Positions 54,318-63,467 of a stretch of 64,000 nt of DNA are shown piece by piece. The DNA is from a virus. Every line of letters starts with the position of its first letter. Within the stretch, counting starts at the first letter, position 1. The stretch lies in IMG/VR virus record IMGVR_UViG_3300029258_002856. One strand, 5' to 3'. The notes under the pieces were generated by a model that had not been told where the DNA came from, searched no databases, and saw only the letters and a program-made list of their open reading frames with translations. The translations under genes and the position numbers were made by a program.

Positions 54318-54341
54318 ATAATAGACAAAAGGAGGTGTGTG

Positions 54342-55142
54342 ATGAAACCTTGGATGCTCCCAATAATGGTAGCCATGTTATGTGGCTGCTACGACCTGGG
54401 AATCGATGCGCCCGGGGAACCCGATGCCGGAGGTGACACAGATGTGGATTCAGATACGGATGCGGACAGCGATACAGATGCTGATACGGACGCTGATGGA
54501 GGAACTGACACTGATACCGATGCCGATAGTGACTCTGATTCTGACAGCGACAGCGATAGTGATTCTGACACCGATACTGGACCTGACACGGGGACAGACA
54601 CTGGGACTGGTGATACTGATGAGCCTGATGGTGGTGATGACACCGAGACGGACACTGAGGCAGACGCTGGACCGCCGGAAGAAGTCATCGACCTCACGCC
54701 GGAGGACGGGACCTTCATAGATAACGACGGCATCTCGACCCAGGCTACGAAGGGCTACGTCTTCACAGTGCAAGAGACGGTGGAACTGCTCGCGTTCGAA
54801 TGGCTCATCAACCAGCCCGAGACCGGTTGGTGTTCGGCACGGCTGTACGACTACCCCGAAGGAAACCTCATCGCGTCCGGCACGGAGGTGGACGGTCTAG
54901 GGGAGGAGTCATGGCAGCGCTCCGACATCGAGTACACGCTGGAGGATGGCGAGACCTACACGCTCGCGTTCTACTACACGATGGTGAACTCGTCCGTCTT
55001 CGACTACATGTCCGAGCCCACCGACAACTACGAAGTGTCGCCGTACTTCATCGGGGTCACTCCGCGCGCAGCATCCGCAGACGAATGTCCCGAGGGCACC
55101 AGCTCTTGGGGGTTCTTCATGCGGATGGTCCTGGCAGAGTAG
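54342..55142 (+). CDS. Lipoprotein with long Asp/Thr/Ser repeat linker and C-terminal beta-sandwich (DUF4082-like)
   Basis: Lipobox LCGC; D[TS]D[AS]D repeats at ~54430-54660; GYVFTV...ARLYD...GNLIASG...LEDGETYTLAF. Confidence 0.75.
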   Translation: MKPWMLPIMVAMLCGCYDLGIDAPGEPDAGGDTDVDSDTDADSDTDADTDADGGTDTDTDADSDSDSDSDSDSDSDTDTGPDTGTDTGTGDTDEPDGGDDTETDTEADAGPPEEVIDLTPEDGTFIDNDGISTQATKGYVFTVQETVELLAFEWLINQPETGWCSARLYDYPEGNLIASGTEVDGLGEESWQRSDIEYTLEDGETYTLAFYYTMVNSSVFDYMSEPTDNYEVSPYFIGVTPRAASADECPEGTSSWGFFMRMVLAE

Positions 55143-55146
55143 CTAG

Positions 55147-55175
55147 AGAAGGGGCCTGAGCGCCCCTTTTCTTTT
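55147..55175 (+). terminator. Intrinsic terminator
   Basis: AGAAGGGGC/GCCCCTTTT plus CTTTT; class B motif TGGTACAAG starts at 55175. Confidence 0.75.
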
Positions 55176-55204
55176 GGTACAAGTACGTAACAGGAGGTGT
55201 TGCC

Positions 55205-55603
55205 ATGACTACGTTCATCGTGAAGTACGAGGACCGCTCGTACATCGAGGAGCTTTTCCAGCGTGGAGTCAAGAACACCTGGAAACTCCGTCCGGATGTC
55301 AAGTTCGCTGAAGTGGAAGCGGACAGTCTCACCGAGGCGCAGGAGAAAGCGTACGCGATGATGGAGGAGCACCAGAAGCCGCTCAACATCGAGTCCAAGC
55401 TTCCCGAGGGCTTCGACATCACGTTCGAGGGGTGGTCGCGCCACCTCTACCGGGGCAGCCCGTTCGAGACGTCGACCGATTGCGGCAACTGCGATGGGGG
55501 AGGTTGCGACGATTGCATCAAGGTGTATTCCGTCGCGGAGTTCCCGGGTCGTCGCTTCTACGGTCGGCAGGAGCTGCGGAGATTCCTCGAGATGCAGGAG
55601 TAG
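55205..55603 (+). CDS. Hypothetical protein with CxxCxxxxCxxC
   Basis: SD AGGAGGTG; DCGNCDGGGCDDC. Confidence 0.7.
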   Translation: MTTFIVKYEDRSYIEELFQRGVKNTWKLRPDVKFAEVEADSLTEAQEKAYAMMEEHQKPLNIESKLPEGFDITFEGWSRHLYRGSPFETSTDCGNCDGGGCDDCIKVYSVAEFPGRRFYGRQELRRFLEMQE

Positions 55604-55614
55604 CGCCCGCTACG

Positions 55615-55643
55615 AAAAGAAGGCACTAGGTGTCTTCTTTTTT
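55615..55643 (+). terminator. Intrinsic terminator
   Basis: AAAAGAAGGCAC/GTGTCTTCTTTT; class B motif TGGTAGAAG at 55667-55675. Confidence 0.75.
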
Positions 55644-55702
55644 ACTCCGTAAACCTCCTCTTGAATTGGTAGAAGAACCCAACGACGGGAGGAGGTGTCA
55701 AC

Positions 55703-56002
55703 ATGGAACGAGAGGAGATGGCGCGCTATCTGCGCGAAGATGCGCAGAGCACATTTTTCGCTAGTGCAGAACTCGATATGCTGGAGCGGATGGGGGCCTA
55801 CTGCGCATCGAAGTCCTTGGCGCTCCACCATCATGCGCCCTGGTCTTACGCTATCGAACCGATGGAACCCAGGTTCTTTCGGGAGGTGGTGATGCCGGAA
55901 TTCCAGGACATAGCGTCGAAACATCGAATGGTCGTAAGGCCGGTGCGGTACGACAGGAAAGAGGGTTACGTCGTGTTCGTGCTGAAGGACATGAAGTCAT
56001 GA
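55703..56002 (+). CDS. Small protein, dispersed paralog family
   Basis: FFREVVMPEFQDIASKH. Confidence 0.65.
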   Translation: MEREEMARYLREDAQSTFFASAELDMLERMGAYCASKSLALHHHAPWSYAIEPMEPRFFREVVMPEFQDIASKHRMVVRPVRYDRKEGYVVFVLKDMKS

Positions 56003-56643
56003 GGCTTTTCTACGAAGGCATGGTAGAGCTCGGGCTCTTCCTCGAAGAAAAATTTTTGGGGTTGTCCGAGTTCCACTTCTTGATTGAGAACCCCTGGAAG
56101 ACCTCCGCTCGGGGAGCGTTCATGAGTATCCTGACGCCGCGGGTAAGCCGAAAGTTCCTCGAGGACACGGTGCTCATCGAAATACGTCGGCTGCGCCGTC
56201 GCTACTTCGAACATGTGTGCGATTTCAACTACCAGCTCAAAGGCGGTAAAATCGGCCGCCTCATCGTGTTTCTGACTCTCCGTAAGTTCAAGGAATACGT
56301 ATATGGTCCGAGTTCCCGCTACACGATAGAAGCTGGAAGCAAACCCGCAGACGGCATGGGAGTCGCCAAGCTCTACCAGCAATTTCCGAAGATGCCGCTG
56401 TTGCCGGGAGACCGCGTATTCGTACCGCCAAGCCGAGCACATGTCCGGAAGTATCGCAATAAGGACGCGCTCCCGTCGCAGTGGGTTAGAGCGGTAGTGG
56501 CGGTGACGGACGTTGGATACTTCGCAGACGAACGAACTAACATAAGCGTCGAGTTGGATGACGGTTCCGAACTTCACGCGTACACTCGTGGCGACGTCCT
56601 CGACCACGACGACTACATCTTACTAGGGAGGAAAACCCCATGA
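55999..56643 (+). CDS. Paralog-family domain + SH3-like C-terminal domain
   Basis: MRLFYEGMVELGLFLEEKF; LLPGDRVFV; tandem paralog of 56640. Confidence 0.7.
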   Translation: MRLFYEGMVELGLFLEEKFLGLSEFHFLIENPWKTSARGAFMSILTPRVSRKFLEDTVLIEIRRLRRRYFEHVCDFNYQLKGGKIGRLIVFLTLRKFKEYVYGPSSRYTIEAGSKPADGMGVAKLYQQFPKMPLLPGDRVFVPPSRAHVRKYRNKDALPSQWVRAVVAVTDVGYFADERTNISVELDDGSELHAYTRGDVLDHDDYILLGRKTP

Positions 56644-57296
56644 GAAGATTCTTCGAGGGGATGGTCAAGCTGGGCCGCTTCTTCGACGAGAAATTCATGG
56701 GGACCGAATACGTCGAACTCCAGCGAGACTGTGTACCCGAAAAAAGAAAAAGAGACCGGGGCTCAGGAGTGCTGCTCCAGACCCCGCTTCTGCCGAAGAA
56801 GTATCTCCGCAAACACTTCCAGCCAGAGGTGCTCAACATCTACCGCGAGTATCTCAAGGGGGTTGGGAAAATTTACATACGCGAGCACAGCTACCGGGGC
56901 GGGAAGGCCCGCTTTTGGATTACCCTCCGGATGGTCAAGTGGCGTGGTCTTATTTTCGGACCCACCGGGAGCGGGGTGGTAGGAAATCGCGTAGTCACCG
57001 CCGAGGAACTAGCTACTTATTATGGTTGGAACTTGAGGCTACGGCTCTTGCCGGGAGACAAAGTGCGTCTGATCGACCGGCCAGCTCCGATGTGGGGATT
57101 GGATGATGGGGAATGGCGCAACCGTGCTAAGGGGTCGTTTCGAACAGGTACTCACGAAGTGGTAGAAGTAAAGATACGGCTGGCGAGCGTGGGGCCTGCG
57201 CAATTCTCGGAAGATACCCCGGTCGAAGCCGTGCTCGATAACGGGATGACCCTCGACTCTCGCAAATCCAACTACGAGCGCGTACGGAGGACCTAG
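56640..57296 (+). CDS. Paralog-family domain + SH3-like C-terminal domain
   Basis: MRRFFEGMVKLGRFFDEKF; LLPGDKVRL. Confidence 0.7.
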   Translation: MRRFFEGMVKLGRFFDEKFMGTEYVELQRDCVPEKRKRDRGSGVLLQTPLLPKKYLRKHFQPEVLNIYREYLKGVGKIYIREHSYRGGKARFWITLRMVKWRGLIFGPTGSGVVGNRVVTAEELATYYGWNLRLRLLPGDKVRLIDRPAPMWGLDDGEWRNRAKGSFRTGTHEVVEVKIRLASVGPAQFSEDTPVEAVLDNGMTLDSRKSNYERVRRT

Positions 57297-57298
57297 CC

Positions 57299-57697
57299 AT
57301 GCACATGGAGACCGTTGGCCGCGCTCTCCGCGCGTTCGCAATGTACCTCCAGGAACACCTACCGACCGCGACGTTGCACTGCGCGCCGGAAGGAGCCATC
57401 TTTGGCTTCGTCCTTCACGGCGCAAGCGACCGCTTCATGGAAGAACTGTGCTATCCGGAGATGCGACGCATCCAAGCCGAGACTGGTCTTCATCTCGAAG
57501 TATTTGCGCGCGTGACCGCGTACAATGACGCGCACCGCACACCTTACGTCGAGCTGAACGCCAATTGTCGCGCCATCATCTACGAGCAAATGGTGCAGCG
57601 CAACAAGCGCCAACCAACGCACGCTGCCGAAGTAGCTGTCGAAAAGGCGGCGATTATAGTAGATTCAATCCCCATCGACGAGGCAGACCTCGTGTAA
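57299..57697 (+). CDS. Small protein, dispersed paralog family
   Basis: MYLQEH...FMEELCYPEMRRIQAETGL. Confidence 0.65.
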   Translation: MHMETVGRALRAFAMYLQEHLPTATLHCAPEGAIFGFVLHGASDRFMEELCYPEMRRIQAETGLHLEVFARVTAYNDAHRTPYVELNANCRAIIYEQMVQRNKRQPTHAAEVAVEKAAIIVDSIPIDEADLV

Positions 57698-57719
57698 AAA
57701 ACCGCAAGCAGGAGGAACC

Positions 57720-58259
57720 ATGGGCAAGGAACAATCGATAGAAACCACATTGCAGGGATTCAGCGGCAGGACCCTCCGCCAGGTCCAGGAAATAGCCGCT
57801 AACCTTCTCACCGAACGCCTGAAGAAGTCCTACCTCCGGGCGATGGCGGAGATGCAGGCCATCTTCCCGGACGCCAAGGTGCTGCACGTCCCGTCCAGCG
57901 CCCCCGAGAAGATTCTCGATGAGACCGGCATCAACATCGCTGAGACTACCTGGGAGATGCTCGGGGGAGCTGTCGCCCGGGTCTTCCCCATCCTGCGCGG
58001 TGCGGGCATCCCCGTCGAGCTGAGCGCCAGCGAAATCGACCCTGAGGACGAGAAGGGCCTGGTCCAGGCCTACATCCTCTGCAACTACTTTCCGGTGCAG
58101 CCGCTCGAGTTCGTGACGAAACTCGATGCGCCGGGAGAGGTCGCAATCAAGACCGTGGTCGACGAGCTGAAGAAAGCGTGGGTGCCTGATGGGGAACCGG
58201 AAAAGAAGAAAGAAAAGAAACAAGAAGTTGAAGGGAAAAAGACTCGTAAGAAGAAGTGA
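57720..58259 (+). CDS. Hypothetical protein
   Basis: SD AGGAGG; 179 aa. Confidence 0.7.
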   Translation: MGKEQSIETTLQGFSGRTLRQVQEIAANLLTERLKKSYLRAMAEMQAIFPDAKVLHVPSSAPEKILDETGINIAETTWEMLGGAVARVFPILRGAGIPVELSASEIDPEDEKGLVQAYILCNYFPVQPLEFVTKLDAPGEVAIKTVVDELKKAWVPDGEPEKKKEKKQEVEGKKTRKKK

Positions 58260-58749
58260 CGGCTCCCTCGAAACCCGCAAGAACGTCCGCGGCCACCAGG
58301 AACTCCTCCGCATCCTCGACTACCTCGAAGAGAAATTTCCGACCATGGTGCGAGTCAAAGTCGCCCCCGCCCGGGACCTTTACATCGTAATGGTCGATAC
58401 GACGGACCGTGAATTGGTGCGCGACTTCCTCGCCCCGATGGTGGCGGGATTCAAGCTGCACTCGTTGCGGGTGAAACGTTGGCGGGAGCTGTACATTCAG
58501 GACCGCATGGAGGGCTCGTGGTTCCTGGGGACGGGACACGCGGCGCTTGCGCTCAAGAGCTACTATCCCCTCATCGAACAGTGGGACATGCAAGACCCGT
58601 CGGCGGAAACGGACATGCTCGACGGCGGCGTCGTCTTGCCGGGGGACCGCCTCCGTCCAATGCTGGAGCGTACAATCAACGCCGCGCTCACCCCCTTCAG
58701 CAACGGCTGGCACCGCACCGACACCGTGACCGGGAGATTCAAGTCATGA
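58189..58749 (+). CDS. Paralog-family protein (start uncertain)
   Basis: LDYLEEKF...VRDFLAP; overlaps the previous ORF by ~70 nt. Confidence 0.55.
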   Translation: MGNRKRRKKRNKKLKGKRLVRRSDGSLETRKNVRGHQELLRILDYLEEKFPTMVRVKVAPARDLYIVMVDTTDRELVRDFLAPMVAGFKLHSLRVKRWRELYIQDRMEGSWFLGTGHAALALKSYYPLIEQWDMQDPSAETDMLDGGVVLPGDRLRPMLERTINAALTPFSNGWHRTDTVTGRFKS

Positions 58750-59438
58750 CCAAAGCACCAGACGATCTCAGAGAGGTCGAAGGGCATGCGCTCGTCCGCT
58801 TTTACGAGGAGCTTCGCCACGAGCTACGGTGGCGCTGGCTTACATCACTGTATAAACTCGTACAGTTCCTTGGAGAAAAAGCTCCTTATGTCTCTCGGTT
58901 TGCCTGCGAAGATACTCGGGAAGTCTTCGTCTCGGTGATAGACCTCTCTCCACGCTTCGTGCAGGAAATTCTCAAACCATTCCTGAAACACGTCAACAAG
59001 GACTTCCCCGAATTTGCGCAGCTCTATTGTGTCGATGCTGGGGAGGACACGATAGTGAGCCCGCAGATGGACGAGTATCCTAGTACTCCGGTTCACAACA
59101 TGGTGTGGGTCATCCGTCTGGTTTACCCGCCGGGGGACGGATCGTGGCTCGTTAGCTACTTCCACGGATTGTCGTGTGACGCTCTGCTCGAAGACCCCAT
59201 CGAAACTAAAGACGGTTACAAGACTGCGCTGGGACATTGGCCTCCTCCGACACGAGAAGTGCTCGCACAGAGCACTGAGTGGCCCCTCCAAACATCCGAA
59301 GACCCTGACGCAATGGAACAAATCGTCTGGGTAGGAACCCAGCATTTCGACTCAGAAACCCCACAAGGAGACGAAGATGGACCGACAATCAACGTGGCTG
59401 TGGTTGATTCTGATGGTAAGCCTGTTCTCCGGTCTTAG
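58746..59438 (+). CDS. Paralog-family protein
   Basis: ATGA-coupled start at 58746; VQFLGEK...FVQEILKP. Confidence 0.65.
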   Translation: MTKAPDDLREVEGHALVRFYEELRHELRWRWLTSLYKLVQFLGEKAPYVSRFACEDTREVFVSVIDLSPRFVQEILKPFLKHVNKDFPEFAQLYCVDAGEDTIVSPQMDEYPSTPVHNMVWVIRLVYPPGDGSWLVSYFHGLSCDALLEDPIETKDGYKTALGHWPPPTREVLAQSTEWPLQTSEDPDAMEQIVWVGTQHFDSETPQGDEDGPTINVAVVDSDGKPVLRS

Positions 59439-59850
59439 CTGCGCGGAACTCCCAGCCGACGGCAAGAAGCGCAAGTGCACCGACCAGGACAAGGTGGTCA
59501 AGCAGCTGACGGAACACAATGAAGAACTCACGAGAAAAGCGGACGTTTACCGTGCCGACCTCCAACAAGCCCGAGCCACCCTGGAGCGTGAAGAGGAGGT
59601 ATCAGAGATATGCCGAAGAACTCTCGCGACAATCGACACGATTGTACAACGAGAATCTCCTGTATGGTCGCCCGCACCGCCTCGACAGCCCGGCTACTAT
59701 GACATCCTTCTCGAAACAATGGTTGAGGTCCGATGGTGCGGCAGTGGGGATAAAGGGCTGTGCTATGAAGACCCGGAGGTGGACGGGAGGCTCACACCTG
59801 TCTATTACGCATCTGAAATCCAATGGGGAAGCCGACATGACGACTATTGA
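59377..59850 (+). CDS. Putative exported/lipoprotein with coiled coil
   Basis: Signal WLWLILMVSLFSGLSC; coiled coil; SD GGAG. Confidence 0.55.
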   Translation: MDRQSTWLWLILMVSLFSGLSCAELPADGKKRKCTDQDKVVKQLTEHNEELTRKADVYRADLQQARATLEREEEVSEICRRTLATIDTIVQRESPVWSPAPPRQPGYYDILLETMVEVRWCGSGDKGLCYEDPEVDGRLTPVYYASEIQWGSRHDDY

Positions 59851-60622
59851 CATCGACCCCGACCCAGTAGAAGTCGAGCGCGTCCAGGCCTACCGGGAAG
59901 AAACACTCTACATGACCGAGCAGTGGGTCAAGGGCTTCATCTCCTTCTGCCAGTGGATAGCACAAGCCGTTCCGACGGGGGCGTACTTCACGGGGGTCGC
60001 CGAGGAACACATGCAGCTCATCCTCTTCATCGAGGCCATCACGCCGAAGATGATTAACCAGCTGCTCGTGCCCGTCGCCAGCGAGATTTTTTCGAAGTTC
60101 CCACAGTTCAACGTGCGCTTCGCCTTCGTCGACCCCGAGAAGTCCACGTTGCGCACCCCGAGGAAAGTCTTCGTTCAGGGGGAATCCCGAGACGGAGAGG
60201 TCACGATGGACGTGCTGGACAAAGAGGAAGTGCAGAACAGCAACGCTCCCATCGAGGCTTACGGCGTAATCGAAATCCCTCCGGAGCTGTTCCCCGTGCT
60301 CAACGAACACATGCGCTTCCCTATCCCGGTGGACGAGCTCGCCGGGGGTACCGCGATAATAGACGCCTGGTTCGACGAGCGGTACGGGCGCAGCCGCGCT
60401 CGCATGCAGGCCCTCAAGTTGGGCCGCGAAACAGAAGAGACCCGGGAGCTGGACGGGAACTACTTTCCTTACATCCCGGGACAGACTCCGGGAATCCGGC
60501 GTCTCGTGAACAGCTACGGTCCATACGTAGTAGACCCTGACAAGAAACACCCCGGACAGGGGGTCGGCCAAGAGGTCAAGACCCCCGGGGTCTTCCCCAA
60601 GCCCGATAGTAAAAAGAGGTAA
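59837..60622 (+). CDS. Paralog-family protein
   Basis: ATG 59837; MINQLLVPVASEIFSKF. Confidence 0.6.
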   Translation: MTTIDIDPDPVEVERVQAYREETLYMTEQWVKGFISFCQWIAQAVPTGAYFTGVAEEHMQLILFIEAITPKMINQLLVPVASEIFSKFPQFNVRFAFVDPEKSTLRTPRKVFVQGESRDGEVTMDVLDKEEVQNSNAPIEAYGVIEIPPELFPVLNEHMRFPIPVDELAGGTAIIDAWFDERYGRSRARMQALKLGRETEETRELDGNYFPYIPGQTPGIRRLVNSYGPYVVDPDKKHPGQGVGQEVKTPGVFPKPDSKKR

Positions 60623-60626
60623 AGAC

Positions 60627-61184
60627 ATGGATGCCCAGTTCGACGCGGAAGCGTGGGCCGAAGACGTCCACAAGAAGGAGCAAGCGGTCCGTGAGGCCGC
60701 GCGCTACGTTGCGAAAATGCAGGAGCACGTGAAGAGCGCGCTCGACACCCACAAGCTAAAGCTGGACGCGCTCGAAGAGGTACAGCGGGTAGGGCGGTAC
60801 CTCAAGGAGGAGACGATGCACGCGGTTCTCCGCGCACGCATCGGACTCGACTCTCAAATCTACTACGTGTTGACGGCTTCGGAGCAGACCCCCGAAGAAA
60901 TCTGCGAACAGCTGAACTACACGTACATGCCCCAGAGCCCCCTCAGCCACTACACCCCGCGCACCATCGAGAAGGTGCTCGAGGAGTGGACAAAGGACCG
61001 TGCGCGCCATCCCAAAGGCGTCGGAGATCCCGATGCCCACCGACGAACAAATAGCGTCAGTGCTCACGGAAGAGTTCCTACCCATCCCGGTAATACTCGG
61101 GTGCCTCTATCCGGGGACAGTGCACCCCGAGCAAGCGGACCATGTGCGGAGCCGTTTGGCCGTGTGGCTACGGTCTCCCTTTAA
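60627..61184 (+). CDS. Hypothetical protein; possibly the N-terminal part of a frameshifted gene with 61033
   Basis: SD GAGG; contains the W-x3-x3-P-x-GV repeat found in the downstream ORF. Confidence 0.55.
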   Translation: MDAQFDAEAWAEDVHKKEQAVREAARYVAKMQEHVKSALDTHKLKLDALEEVQRVGRYLKEETMHAVLRARIGLDSQIYYVLTASEQTPEEICEQLNYTYMPQSPLSHYTPRTIEKVLEEWTKDRARHPKGVGDPDAHRRTNSVSAHGRVPTHPGNTRVPLSGDSAPRASGPCAEPFGRVATVSL

Positions 61185-62472
61185 CACGCCCGACGCTCGT
61201 ATCCGGGTCCGGAAGAACGTGGTTACGAATTCGTACGAGGCGAAGCGCAGGGGGGACATCATCCCCATCATTTCGGCCATCCCCACCGTGCTCACCCCGG
61301 GCGAACACTGCAACGACGCAGAAATTGCCCGACGTCTGAAAGAGAAATACCCCGACCAGCAGTACACACTGGCCCACGTCCGTGGGTTGCTCAAGAGCCT
61401 CTCGCTCCCAAAAGCGGAGGAAGCCGGTATCGTCGTGTGCATCCGTGGCGCGGATTATGTGGGCGCGAAGCTGTCCCTCACCCATCTGAAAGCGGACCTC
61501 GACTCGGCCATCTGCTCAGTGCTCGACAGCGGGGAAATCAACACGGATGCCGTGCGTCGGCGCATGGCCGCCCGGGATATTTCCGAGTCCGACTTTTGCA
61601 TGCCGGTTGCTGCGCGGGTTGAAACCTGGCTCCGGGACCCAACCTCTCGCCCGGAGGGTGTCTTCGTGACGAAGAGTCTCCATACGGGGGCTACCGTCGT
61701 GCGCCTCAAGCGCACCACGCAGTTGCCACCCAGCATCAGCGGCCGGGTTCTCCAGACGCTCAAACGCAACAAGTACCTGTCGTGCACCGACGTCACCGAG
61801 GCCTGTGGTCTCAGGGCTGGGGATGTCCAACGCGTGTACGAGCACTGGGATGCGAACCCCAAAGAACGCCCCGCTGGAGTGATACTCCGTAAAGAAGAGA
61901 GTGATGTCGTCGGAGCCCGCTTGATGACGAAGGCCGAAGAGAAGAAGACCGCTCCCAAACAGACGGAGTTGCAGGGGCTGGAATCCAAAGAAGAGAAAAT
62001 CATCTCCGTGCTGAACGCCAAGTCTTACCTGCGGCAGGACCAAATTGCAGTGGCGTCCGGCATTACGCAGAACGAGGTAGCAGACCTTCTCCACTCCTGG
62101 CGGACAGGGACACCCCCCGAGAGCGTCCGGTTACGCATGAAGAATCCCCCGGGGGGAATCATCGAGGCCAAGCTCAAGAAGAAGCCGTACAAGCAACCGT
62201 CCCGCTCCAACCCGTACCTCCAGTGGATTGTCGGCTTCTGTCGTGCCCGCGGCTACACCTCCAAGAGTAAAGCGGTTACGCGGCGGTTCATCTACAACGA
62301 GATGGCAAAGGCCAAGCCCAGCTGGGCACAACGTGTCAAGGGTGGTGACCTCCACGGCACCGTGGGTGGTCGCCTCGACGAAGTGCGCAAGGGCACTCGC
62401 AACGCCACCCCGATTCAGCAATTCAAGAAAGGCCGTCACGTGCGGCTGTGGGTGAAGCCGCTGGAGAATTGA
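61033..62472 (+). CDS. Multi-repeat winged-helix-like putative DNA-binding protein
   Basis: Four or more HTH-like units, each ending W..P..P.GV (e.g. TWLRDPTSRPEGV, HWDANPKERPAGV). Confidence 0.6.
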   Translation: MPTDEQIASVLTEEFLPIPVILGCLYPGTVHPEQADHVRSRLAVWLRSPFNTPDARIRVRKNVVTNSYEAKRRGDIIPIISAIPTVLTPGEHCNDAEIARRLKEKYPDQQYTLAHVRGLLKSLSLPKAEEAGIVVCIRGADYVGAKLSLTHLKADLDSAICSVLDSGEINTDAVRRRMAARDISESDFCMPVAARVETWLRDPTSRPEGVFVTKSLHTGATVVRLKRTTQLPPSISGRVLQTLKRNKYLSCTDVTEACGLRAGDVQRVYEHWDANPKERPAGVILRKEESDVVGARLMTKAEEKKTAPKQTELQGLESKEEKIISVLNAKSYLRQDQIAVASGITQNEVADLLHSWRTGTPPESVRLRMKNPPGGIIEAKLKKKPYKQPSRSNPYLQWIVGFCRARGYTSKSKAVTRRFIYNEMAKAKPSWAQRVKGGDLHGTVGGRLDEVRKGTRNATPIQQFKKGRHVRLWVKPLEN

Positions 62473-62473
62473 G

Positions 62474-62908
62474 ATGAAAAAAGAGGATAAACCCGTCAGC
62501 TGCGGACACTCCTGTGTAGTGGCCCGCCCCACCGGAATGGCTACCAACGGCCCCTGTCATTGTCTCGATGGTCTCCCTCGGGACAAACGAACCCGCGTGC
62601 AGCACGCCCTGGTTTATTACCAGGGGCAGATAGGACATCTGGAACATGTGCTGGACGAAAACATCGATGGAACCGTGGGAGCCCGGGTCCAGTGGATATC
62701 CGAATTCGCGGAGAGAGAGTTCGCAAGAAGCCCCTACCTCTCTCGCCCGCCGGAACTCTTCATCGAAGAGGGTGTGGCGGAGCTGAAGTCGGAGAAAAAC
62801 GTAATCGAGCGCTTCCTGGCGATGTGTGACGAGAGTCTCTCCCCCGACGAGCATGATCGCGCGTTAGCCATTGTCAAAGTGCTCCGGGAGAGACGGAAAG
62901 CGCTATGA
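62474..62908 (+). CDS. Hypothetical protein sharing its C-terminal module with 63464
   Basis: FLAMCDESLSPDEHDRALAIVKVLRERRKA. Confidence 0.65.
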   Translation: MKKEDKPVSCGHSCVVARPTGMATNGPCHCLDGLPRDKRTRVQHALVYYQGQIGHLEHVLDENIDGTVGARVQWISEFAEREFARSPYLSRPPELFIEEGVAELKSEKNVIERFLAMCDESLSPDEHDRALAIVKVLRERRKAL

Positions 62909-63282
62909 AATACAAAGAGTGTCCGGAGTGCGGGGAACCTCACCTGGCCGATGAGTGGCAGCGCGGCCGTAAGTTGCGTCAACGGTGTCACGAGTGCGGC
63001 TGGGTGGGGGAACCCCGTACTCCGGAGAAGCAGAGAGTCAGCAAAGTCAAAACCATCTGCGCCAGCCAGTTCAGCGGTTACTGTTACGAGGTCTTCGACC
63101 AATATGGGCACGCGATTACGTCGTCGAGGTCCTACGGCCGAAGGGACGAAGCCCTCAAAGCGATGTTCGAGGATATCGAGCGGGACGAGCGCATGCCTAA
63201 TGTAGCTCCCTGTCGTGCTGTTCTGTGGCCCGCCACGGTGAAGGTACGCGGGCAGCTATTCTCCAGGAGGAAAAAGAAATGA
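62905..63282 (+). CDS. Zn-ribbon hypothetical protein
   Basis: CPECG...CHECGW. Confidence 0.7.
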   Translation: MKYKECPECGEPHLADEWQRGRKLRQRCHECGWVGEPRTPEKQRVSKVKTICASQFSGYCYEVFDQYGHAITSSRSYGRRDEALKAMFEDIERDERMPNVAPCRAVLWPATVKVRGQLFSRRKKK

Positions 63283-63467
63283 CCGTGAAAGAACTCATCG
63301 AAAAGCTGACGACGTACAACATGGACGCCGAGGTCAGCGTCATCGCCCACAACAAACCCCACGACTTCTCGCTCACCTACGGCGGCGCGGAGGGCTGCGA
63401 CAAGAAGACCGCCCCCCGGGTCAGTTTCTACGTGGACGACCTCTGCACAATCGAGGCGAAGGGATGA
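63279..63467 (+). CDS. Small phage protein (MTVKELIEKL type)
   Basis: ATG 63279, SD AGGAGG. Confidence 0.65.
   Translation: MTVKELIEKLTTYNMDAEVSVIAHNKPHDFSLTYGGAEGCDKKTAPRVSFYVDDLCTIEAKG

Noticed and set aside
54430-54660. Tandem repeat or CRISPR-like array
   Set aside because: It is the in-frame Asp/Thr/Ser low-complexity linker of a lipoprotein.
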